Below are positions 46,428-52,650 of a stretch of 64,000 nucleotides of DNA, piece after piece. The notes under the pieces are model-generated. The model was given only the letters and a program-made list of their open reading frames with translations, was not told where the DNA came from and searched no databases. How positions within the stretch are numbered: the first letter of the stretch is position 1; each line of letters starts with the position of its first letter. Origin of the DNA: Pseudomonadota bacterium (GTDB lineage Bacteria; Pseudomonadota; Alphaproteobacteria; Sphingomonadales; Sphingomonadaceae); assembly GCA_040390605.1 (NCBI GenBank), contig JAZJXZ010000017.1, positions 34,948 through 98,947 on the forward strand, given 5' to 3'. A program made the position numbers and the translations under genes.

Positions 46428-47254
46428 GCCGCCCTCTTCTCACCCGCACGCCCGATCCGCCGTGCGACGTCGAGTTCGGCGAGGAGGTCGGCGAGCGGCG
46501 GAATGTCGTCGTCGCGCTCGATCATCGTGGCGACCGGTCCGAGGCGTGGCAGCACATGGGCATAGAGATCCCACACCGATGCCGGAACCTCGCGATCGTG
46601 CGTATCGATCAGCAGGTGCTTGCCCGCGCTATGGCCGGCGAGGTGAATCTGGCGGACGCGGTCGTGCGGCAGGCCGTCCAGATAGGCGATCGCGTCGAAC
46701 CCGTGATTGGTCGCGCTGACGAAGACGTTGTTGACGTCGAGCAGCAGCCCGCAGCCTGTGCGTGCGCAGACCGCGTCGAGAAACTGCCACTCGGACATGT
46801 CGGCGGGCGCGAAGTCGATATAGCTGGAGGGGTTTTCGATCAGCATCTCGCGACGCAGCGCCTCCTGCGCCCGCGCGATATTGGCGCACACCACATCTAG
46901 CGCCTCGCGCGTGTAGGGCAGCGGCAGAAGATCGTGCGCGTTGAAGCCCTCGCTCCGGCTCCAGCTGAGATGATCAGAGACGAACAGCGGTTCGATCTCG
47001 TCGACCAGCGCGCGCAACCGCGCCAGATACGCCCCGTCCAATCCGTCGGCCGAGCCAAGCGACATCGAGACGCCGTGCAGCGCCACCGGATACCGCTGGC
47101 GCACATCGCGCAGAATCTGACGCGGTTTCCCGCCGTCGACCATGAAATTCTCGGAGATCACCTCGACGAAATCGACCGCCACACGGTGTTCGAGGAATTC
47201 CCGGTAGTGCGGCTTGCGAAGACCGAGCCCGAAGCCGGCAAAAGTAGCGCTCAT
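46424..47254 (-). CDS. bufB: DUF692 / MNIO family RiPP-modifying enzyme, second copy
   Basis: GFGLGLRKPHY...VDFVEVISENFM...VALHGVSMSLGS...LFVSDHLSW...IENPSSY...DVNNVFV...QIHLAGH. Confidence 0.85.
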   Translation of the reverse strand: MSATFAGFGLGLRKPHYREFLEHRVAVDFVEVISENFMVDGGKPRQILRDVRQRYPVALHGVSMSLGSADGLDGAYLARLRALVDEIEPLFVSDHLSWSRSEGFNAHDLLPLPYTREALDVVCANIARAQEALRREMLIENPSSYIDFAPADMSEWQFLDAVCARTGCGLLLDVNNVFVSATNHGFDAIAYLDGLPHDRVRQIHLAGHSAGKHLLIDTHDREVPASVWDLYAHVLPRLGPVATMIERDDDIPPLADLLAELDVARRIGRAGEKRAA

Positions 47255-47278
47255 GTCTGGCTTTTCCGAAAAGGGGGT

Positions 47279-47316
47279 GGGCCCGGCCGGTTGGGGGGGG
47301 GAGGGAGGCCGGGCCC
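47279..47316 (-). other. 10-bp perfect GC hairpin between precursor and enzyme genes
   Basis: GGGCCCGGCC (47279-88) pairs with GGCCGGGCCC (47307-16). The 18-nt loop contains a G9 run (47293-47301; C9 on the coding strand). Confidence 0.5.
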
Positions 47317-47323
47317 GAAGCGA

Positions 47324-47584
47324 TCAGTTCGGTGCGGTGGTGCTGCCGCCGGCGGCGGTGCAGGCCTTGAGCGCCATTTCCTTGAAGCCCTGACCCTTGC
47401 AGTCGTTCTGGCCCTTGCAATCATGGTTGCCCGACTTGCAGTCCGACTGGCCCTTGCAGCCGTTGACGCCGTAGCAATGGACCTTCGCCCCACCCTTGGC
47501 GACGGCCATGGTCGGGGCGACCGCGGTGATGGCGACAACGGCGGCGGCAGCGGCGAAGCTCACGCCGGTTCGGATCATGGTCAT
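47324..47584 (-). CDS. bufA: 6-Cys secreted precursor peptide (BufA2-type bufferin)
   Basis: MTMIRTGVSFAAAAAVVAITAVAPTMAVA | KGGAKVHCYGVNGCKGQSDCKSGNHDCKGQNDCKGQGFKEMALKACTAAGGSTTAPN. AGGAG lies 6 nt upstream. Six Cys, including a CKGQ-type repeat. Confidence 0.8.
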   Translation of the reverse strand: MTMIRTGVSFAAAAAVVAITAVAPTMAVAKGGAKVHCYGVNGCKGQSDCKSGNHDCKGQNDCKGQGFKEMALKACTAAGGSTTAPN

Positions 47585-47625
47585 TGCATACTCCTGAATT
47601 GAGATTGCCTGATTGGCTCTCCCGG

Positions 47626-47651
47626 TTCGGCGTAGGCGGCGCCCTGGTTAC
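47626..47651 (-). promoter_or_regulatory. ECF-type promoter TGTAACC-N16-CGAAC for the 6-Cys bufferin operon
   Basis: The minus strand reads tTGTAACC agggcgccgcctacgc CGAAC. It lies in the 80-nt gap between the nrsF stop and the bufA2 start. Confidence 0.7.
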
Positions 47652-47664
47652 AACGACCGCATCG

Positions 47665-48309
47665 TCACCAGCGCAGCAGGCGGGGGCCCAGCAGCGCGCC
47701 CAGCCCGGCGGCGAGCAAGATGCCCAACGAATACCAGGTGAGCACGAACAGCGCGGATACCTCCGGGCAATGCAGGCAATAGACCATGGCCGCGAAAGCA
47801 CCCGCGGCGAGCCCGGCAGCCGCGCCCGCAGCACGCAACCGCGTCGGCGCAAGGCGCCGGAACGACCAGAGCAAACCCACAAAGATCGGCATCGCCAGCG
47901 TGACCACGCGCCACGGACAATACATCCAGCTTTCGCCCAGCCACATTGCCAGCCATTCGCCACGCGGCGTTCGGACCAGTTCAACCGCGCCCACGCCCGC
48001 CAGAAGCAATACCGGCACGGCGACCACCCAGGCCCAGCGCAACCGCCCGCTATCCGGCCGGGCGAGCTGGACGGTCATCGCAAGCGCCGCGATCGACAGC
48101 GAAATGGTGTAGGCCCATTTCATCCAGAACGAGAAGCCGTGCATCGCGCTGCCGATATCCGGGCGCACACCCATCGCCAGCACCACATATATCAGGGACA
48201 CGACGGCGCCGCACAGGACGCCCGCGGTCAAGCGGCGGCTCACGGTGAACCGTCGGACCGGCGAAACCTCCGTCGAAAGGCGCGCGATCAGGTCTTCGGT
48301 GTTCATCAA
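47665..48309 (-). CDS. nrsF: NrsF (DUF1109) family anti-sigma factor, six-TM
   Basis: MMNTEDLIARLSTEVSPVRR... is followed by six hydrophobic segments with conserved Cys (MYCPW, YCLHCPE). ATGA overlap with the sigma gene. Confidence 0.8.
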   Translation of the reverse strand: MMNTEDLIARLSTEVSPVRRFTVSRRLTAGVLCGAVVSLIYVVLAMGVRPDIGSAMHGFSFWMKWAYTISLSIAALAMTVQLARPDSGRLRWAWVVAVPVLLLAGVGAVELVRTPRGEWLAMWLGESWMYCPWRVVTLAMPIFVGLLWSFRRLAPTRLRAAGAAAGLAAGAFAAMVYCLHCPEVSALFVLTWYSLGILLAAGLGALLGPRLLRW

Positions 48310-48842
48310 CCGCTCCCCTGGATGCGCGCCATCAACGACTTGAGCCCGCGATGCACTGACACCTTGACGTCGGATTCGCCCACACCGTTCGCCGCCGCCG
48401 CCTCCGCGACACTCAGGCCCTCGATCCGCGTCGCGCGGATCGCGCGCGCCTGTTTGGCCGGCAGGGTGTCCAGCAATTCCTCCACGTCGAGACGCGCGCT
48501 GGATGCCTTTTCAAAGTCTTCGGCGACCAGCACGTCTTCGAGGCCGTCGATCGGCTGCAGTCGTCGCACGCGGCGGAAATGGTCGATCATCTTGTAGCGG
48601 GCGATGGCGAACAACCAGGCGGTAAAGAGACGATCGCGATCATAGGTCGCCCGCTTGGTGTGAACGGCGATAAGCGTCTCTTGCACAAGGTCCTCGATAT
48701 CGTCTTCGCCACCATTCGCCCGGCGACGGTAATAGGCGCGAAGCAAGGGGACGAGAAGGCGCAGCAATGCGGCATGGTCGGCGGCATTGCCGTCGAGCCC
48801 ATTGATCATCAAACACCGCAAATCGTTCTCGCTTGCCCGCAT
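48306..48842 (-). CDS. sigF: ECF (sigma-70 family group IV) sigma factor, SigF-like
   Basis: Start MRASENDL, with GGGAG 5 nt upstream. Region 2 block EDLVQETLIAVHTKRATYD...FTAWLFAIARYKMIDHFRR, region 4 block ARAIRATRIEGLSVAEAAAANGVGESDVKVSVHRGLK. Confidence 0.9.
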   Translation of the reverse strand: MRASENDLRCLMINGLDGNAADHAALLRLLVPLLRAYYRRRANGGEDDIEDLVQETLIAVHTKRATYDRDRLFTAWLFAIARYKMIDHFRRVRRLQPIDGLEDVLVAEDFEKASSARLDVEELLDTLPAKQARAIRATRIEGLSVAEAAAANGVGESDVKVSVHRGLKSLMARIQGSG

Positions 48843-48862
48843 TCGCACTCCCTGCCTGCCGG

Positions 48863-48888
48863 TTCGACGGAACACGCCTAGAAGTTAC
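48863..48888 (-). promoter_or_regulatory. ECF-type promoter TGTAACT-N16-CGAAC upstream of sigF (autoregulation)
   Basis: The minus strand reads cTGTAACT tctaggcgtgttccgt CGAAC. The -10 element ends about 20 nt upstream of the ATG. Confidence 0.65.
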
Positions 48889-48931
48889 AGCGCGCAAGGC
48901 CAGACCGCCCAGGCATCGAAGCACGCATCGT

Positions 48932-48957
48932 GTAACCGGCGGCACGCAACGCGCGAA
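48932..48957 (+). promoter_or_regulatory. ECF-type promoter TGTAACC-N16-CGAAC for the orphan bufA1-doxX-HAD operon
   Basis: The plus strand reads gTGTAACC ggcggcacgcaacgcg CGAAC. It is back-to-back with the sigF promoter (the -35 elements are 43 bp apart). Confidence 0.7.
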
Positions 48958-49000
48958 CTGGGTCAGGTAGCCGGGGCATTCTTGTCTCCTTCCCGGCCGC

Positions 49001-49035
49001 CGCGCGACCCGGTGCCCCCCGTTCCGGGTCGCGCG
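49001..49035 (+). other. 12-bp perfect stem-loop in the roughly 100-nt leader of the orphan precursor gene
   Basis: CGCGCGACCCGG (49001-12), loop tgccccccgtt, CCGGGTCGCGCG (49024-35). No U-tract follows. Confidence 0.55.
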
Positions 49036-49064
49036 TCATCGAGGCATCATCGAAGGAAATTCAT

Positions 49065-49343
49065 ATGCGCAAGTCATATGCGAGCCTCGCGGCGGCGCTG
49101 GCGGTCACGACCGTCGGCGCGACCGTTGCCGCCAACGCCGCCGCCCAGACCCGGCCCGCAATGGAGAAATGCTACGGCATCGCCCGTGCGGGCAAGAACG
49201 ATTGCAAGGCCGGCGCCGGCACGAGCTGCGCCGGCACGTCGAAGGTCGACTATCAGGGCAACGCCTGGAAGCTCGTCAAGGCCGGCACCTGTGTCAAGGC
49301 CAGAACCCCGAAGGGCTTCGGCTCGCTAACGCCGAAATCGTGA
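49065..49343 (+). CDS. bufA: DUF2282 4-Cys secreted precursor peptide, second paralogue (BufA1-type)
   Basis: [27 protein letters not shown] | [65 protein letters not shown]. By hand alignment, 45 of 58 core positions are identical to the 38124-38402 peptide. Confidence 0.85.
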   Translation: MRKSYASLAAALAVTTVGATVAANAAAQTRPAMEKCYGIARAGKNDCKAGAGTSCAGTSKVDYQGNAWKLVKAGTCVKARTPKGFGSLTPKS

Positions 49344-49349
49344 TCCGCT

Positions 49350-49376
49350 CGGCCGGGGCGTGACCCGCCCCGGCCG
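49350..49376 (+). other. 11-bp perfect GC hairpin immediately after the precursor stop
   Basis: CGGCCGGGGCG tgacc CGCCCCGGCCG. No U-tract. It lies between bufA1' and doxX'. Confidence 0.5.
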
Positions 49377-49399
49377 CAACCGTGCAACGGAGAACAGCC

Positions 49400-49858
49400 A
49401 TGACTTGGCCGATTGCCCCTGTCGGGCGAATCCTCGACCGCCTGTCCGCCGCGATGCCCGATGCAGCGCTGCTGCTCGCGGGCCGTCTCGGCATCGCCGC
49501 CGTCTTCTTTACCTCGGGGCGAACGAAGGTGGATGGCATCATCCACATCACCGACGGCACCTACGAACTCTTTCGCACGGAATATGTTCTGCCGCTCGTC
49601 CCGCCGGAAGTGGCCGCAGTGCTGGCGACCTGGTCGGAGCACGTCTTCTCCATCCTGCTCATCCTCGGGCTGCTGACGCGCCTTTCCGCGACGGCGCTGT
49701 TCGCCATGACGCTGACGATCGAGATCTTCGTCTATCCCGACGCCTGGCCGACGCATCTGAGCTGGGCGGCGATCCTGTTGCCGCTGATGTTCCGCGGCGG
49801 AGGCGGCTGGTCGCTCGATTGTCTGCTGCGCCGGCCCTCCGCGCCCGCCGCGCACTGA
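49400..49858 (+). CDS. DoxX family membrane protein, second paralogue
   Basis: The ATG at 49400 has GGAGA 6 nt upstream (GTG at 49382 is also possible). LLLAGRLGIAAVFFTSGRTKV...[16 protein letters not shown] parallels the 36089-36559 DoxX. Confidence 0.8.
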   Translation: MTWPIAPVGRILDRLSAAMPDAALLLAGRLGIAAVFFTSGRTKVDGIIHITDGTYELFRTEYVLPLVPPEVAAVLATWSEHVFSILLILGLLTRLSATALFAMTLTIEIFVYPDAWPTHLSWAAILLPLMFRGGGGWSLDCLLRRPSAPAAH

Positions 49859-49880
49859 TTCCCGGGCGATTGGAAGAACG

Positions 49881-50654
49881 ATGTCGCACCATTCGATCGA
49901 CCGTCGCACCGTGCTGGCCGGGCTGGCCGGGCTGGCCGGAGCGATGGCGACGCCGGCGCTCGGCCAGTCGGCCGCGCCGGCCATCAAGGCGATCGCCTTC
50001 GACGGACTCGCCATCTTCGACCCGCGCGGGGTTGCCGTCAGGGCGCGGGCGTTGCTGGGCCAGCGGGGCGACGCCCTCGCCTCGCAGTGGTCGGCAAAGC
50101 TCTTCGGCTATAGCTGGCTCGAAACGGCCGCCGGCCGATATGCCGATTTCCGGACGCTCGCCGACGCCGCGCTCCGCTATGTCGCCGAGACGATGAAGGT
50201 GCCGCTCGACGCGAGAACGCGGGAGCAGCTGGTCGGCGCATATGATGCGCTCGACCTGTGGCCGGATGTCAAACCGGCGCTGGCCAGGCTCCACACCGCC
50301 GGCGTGCGCCTCGCCTTCCTGTCCAACCTCGGCGTCGAAACGTTGAACGCGAACATGTCGGCCAACGGCATCGCCGGATATTTCGAAGCGCCGCTCAGCA
50401 CCGACGCCGTCGGCCGCTTCAAACCCGCTCCGGAAGCCTATGCCATGGCGCTGCGCGCATTCGGGCTTCCGCGCGCGCATATCGGCTTCGCGGCATTCGG
50501 CGGATGGGATGCCGCCGGGGCGACATGGTTCGGCTACCGCACCGCCTGGGTCAATCGCTTCGACCTTCCCGTAGAACCGCTCGATACGCGACCGGCGATC
50601 ACAAGCCGCGGCATGGAAGGCGTTCTCGCCCTCGCGGGCATCGCGCCGGCCTGA
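49881..50654 (+). CDS. HAD superfamily hydrolase (type II haloacid dehalogenase-like) with twin-arginine signal
   Basis: MSHHSIDRRTVLAGLAGLAGAMATPALG is a Tat-like signal. IKAIAFDGLAIFD is HAD motif I with the nucleophile Asp. ...LAFLSNLG... and ...GGWDAAGA... follow. Starts 22 nt after doxX'. Confidence 0.7.
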   Translation: MSHHSIDRRTVLAGLAGLAGAMATPALGQSAAPAIKAIAFDGLAIFDPRGVAVRARALLGQRGDALASQWSAKLFGYSWLETAAGRYADFRTLADAALRYVAETMKVPLDARTREQLVGAYDALDLWPDVKPALARLHTAGVRLAFLSNLGVETLNANMSANGIAGYFEAPLSTDAVGRFKPAPEAYAMALRAFGLPRAHIGFAAFGGWDAAGATWFGYRTAWVNRFDLPVEPLDTRPAITSRGMEGVLALAGIAPA

Positions 50655-50697
50655 GATTCAGGCGGTCATGCTCGGCATGCCCAAAAGCTTACCCACC

Positions 50698-51219
50698 TTA
50701 TCGGCCTCGTTTCAGCATAGCGATCGCCTGAGCGCCGCCCCAGTCGATGGCGCGCGGCACGCGGGCGACCTCCCGGCCGGATCGATCGAAGATCACCGAA
50801 TATGGCGTGCCGAGCGCGCCATAGCGCCTGACCTGCGCAATGGGCGAAAAGCCCAGGTGGAGATGGGGATATTGGCCGGCGAACGCTGTGCGAGCGTCAT
50901 TGCGGTCGGCGTCGACCGACGCGGCGATGACGACGATGTCGCGCCGGCGCGCGGCCAGGCGATCGAGACTGGGCAGTTCCTCCCGACAAGGACCGCACCA
51001 ACTCGCCCAGAAGTTCACGACGAGAACCTTTCCACGCGCGCTACGCTCCAGATATCGCGAACCGTCGTCCAGCTCGATCTCGGGGAGCTGCGCCGAACCT
51101 GTACGTGCCGCCGCTGCCGACAAGACCGGCGGGCCGCCTGCCGCGACGATTGGTTGCCCAATCGCCGCGGCAGCCGACAACGCAAACGCCGCAACAGTCA
51201 AAGGGCGGTGGGCGCTCAA
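50698..51219 (-). CDS. TlpA-like periplasmic thiol:disulfide oxidoreductase
   Basis: Signal or anchor sequence, then VLVVNFWASWCGPCREELPSL (thioredoxin CxxC). The TTG start forms a TTGA overlap with the YHS gene stop; start uncertain. Confidence 0.8.
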   Translation of the reverse strand: MSAHRPLTVAAFALSAAAAIGQPIVAAGGPPVLSAAAARTGSAQLPEIELDDGSRYLERSARGKVLVVNFWASWCGPCREELPSLDRLAARRRDIVVIAASVDADRNDARTAFAGQYPHLHLGFSPIAQVRRYGALGTPYSVIFDRSGREVARVPRAIDWGGAQAIAMLKRGR

Positions 51220-51707
51220 AAGGCCTTGTCCTTCACGCTCGGCCAGTTTGCGCGCGCCTTGCCGACAATCCCGGGCGTGTCCTTATTGAAGATCGCGAGC
51301 GCGCGGGGGCCGTTGTTCAGATACAGCTTGCCGTTCACCACCTTGCCGGTCCGCGGATCGACGTCGACCTTCTCGCCGAACGCCGCGCCGGTGGCACAGA
51401 AGCCGCCAAATTCCGGAATGTACTTGCGCGGGTTGGCAAGGAAGGTGCGACGATGCGCAGCGGTGGCAAACAGGTATCGCGCTCCACCATAGGTCGCGGA
51501 TAACGCCGGCATGCCCGGCGTCGGTTTGCCGCTGTCGAAATAGGCGATCGGGTCGAAGCCGCCGAGCGCCACACCGCGCTCGTCGAGATTGACCTGCGAC
51601 GTCGATCCCTTGACGCCGGCAATGGCCGGCGACGCGGCGATCGGAGCGACAGCTTGAGCCAGGATGATGAACGAGGCCGCAATCGCGCCTCTCAACGATT
51701 TGTGCAT
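51216..51707 (-). CDS. secreted YHS-domain protein
   Basis: Signal peptide MHKSLRGAIAASFIILAQAVAPIAA. GGFDPIAYFDSGKP...YGGARYLFATAAHRRTFLANPRKYIPEFGGFC is YHS-like. Confidence 0.7.
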   Translation of the reverse strand: MHKSLRGAIAASFIILAQAVAPIAASPAIAGVKGSTSQVNLDERGVALGGFDPIAYFDSGKPTPGMPALSATYGGARYLFATAAHRRTFLANPRKYIPEFGGFCATGAAFGEKVDVDPRTGKVVNGKLYLNNGPRALAIFNKDTPGIVGKARANWPSVKDKAF

Positions 51708-51740
51708 GGTGGGAGCTCCTCTGTTTCGTGACCTCCCGGG

Positions 51741-51766
51741 TTCGCTGCTCGCGAGCCGATGGTTAC
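51741..51766 (-). promoter_or_regulatory. ECF-type promoter TGTAACC-N16-CGAAC upstream of the YHS-TlpA operon
   Basis: The minus strand reads tTGTAACC atcggctcgcgagcag CGAAC. The -10 element ends about 33 nt upstream of the YHS ATG. Confidence 0.65.
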
Positions 51767-51869
51767 AAAAGCTCGGGCAGCCCGACCAATTTCATTGTCG
51801 CTGACAGCGCCTCGCGAAATCGGCCTGCATCAGGTCGAGTTGCGCCAGCGCCCGGCCCGCCCGCAACCA

Positions 51870-52592
51870 TCAGTCGCGCGTTTCTCCGCCACCCTGACAG
51901 ATCGCCTTGAACCCCGCCGCCATGAAGGTCGCCATGTGCCGGCGGATCGCGGCGAAGTCGTCGGACGAGCACAGCCCGTGCGACAGTTCGTCGAGCCGGC
52001 CGGTGCGCGCCATATTGTGGGTCATCGCCCCGGACAGGAAGTGATAGCCCCAGAAGATTCGTTCCTCGTCGCAGTCGGGCATGGCCTTCTTCAGCAGCTC
52101 GATCAGCGCGATGCCGACAGGGTTGAAGTATTTCGTCATCTTGCCGGCGCCCCAGCCGGCGGCGCTGTTGGCCTGGGCGCTGATCTTGCCGATCGCCGCC
52201 CAGTAATCCGGGTCGTCCTGATGGAGCTTGAGATCGGGGTCGATCCAGGCGTGCAGCGCGCCCTCGACCGTGACATTGTCGCCGGCCTCCTCGGCATAAC
52301 GCCGCAGCGCCTCGAGCCGCCCCCGCGTGGAGGCGGGCACCTTGCGCGCCCACACCGCTTCGTAGATGCTTTCCTTGCCGTTGAAATGGTAGTGGATCAG
52401 CGTCGAGCTGACGCCGACGCGCGCGGCGACCTGCTTCAGCGTGAAGCCGTGATAGCCATATTCCGCGAACAGCTCCTCGGCGGCGTCGAGGATACGCTCG
52501 ATCGACGCCTCGCGGGCGCGCTCCTTGTGCTTCTTCGCGCGGGGGCGCTCGGGCGGCGCGTCGCCCGCCGCCGGGACCGGGTGCTTGCTCAT
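51870..52592 (-). CDS. TetR/AcrR family transcriptional regulator
   Basis: Start MSKHPVPAAG. ILDAAEELFAEYGYHGFTLKQVAARVGVSSTLIHYHFNGKESIY is TetR_N. The upstream part of the ORF is junk. Confidence 0.85.
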   Translation of the reverse strand: MSKHPVPAAGDAPPERPRAKKHKERAREASIERILDAAEELFAEYGYHGFTLKQVAARVGVSSTLIHYHFNGKESIYEAVWARKVPASTRGRLEALRRYAEEAGDNVTVEGALHAWIDPDLKLHQDDPDYWAAIGKISAQANSAAGWGAGKMTKYFNPVGIALIELLKKAMPDCDEERIFWGYHFLSGAMTHNMARTGRLDELSHGLCSSDDFAAIRRHMATFMAAGFKAICQGGGETRD

Positions 52593-52650
52593 TGTCGCGA
52601 CGGTGCCCTCCTCTACCCGGAGCGTCAACGTCGCGCCCCCGGCTCCGTCT

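Noticed and set aside
47293-47301. G9 homopolymer as a phase-variation switch
   Set aside because: It lies in a non-coding hairpin loop, so slippage cannot shift a reading frame. It is retained only as a minor note within the hairpin finding.
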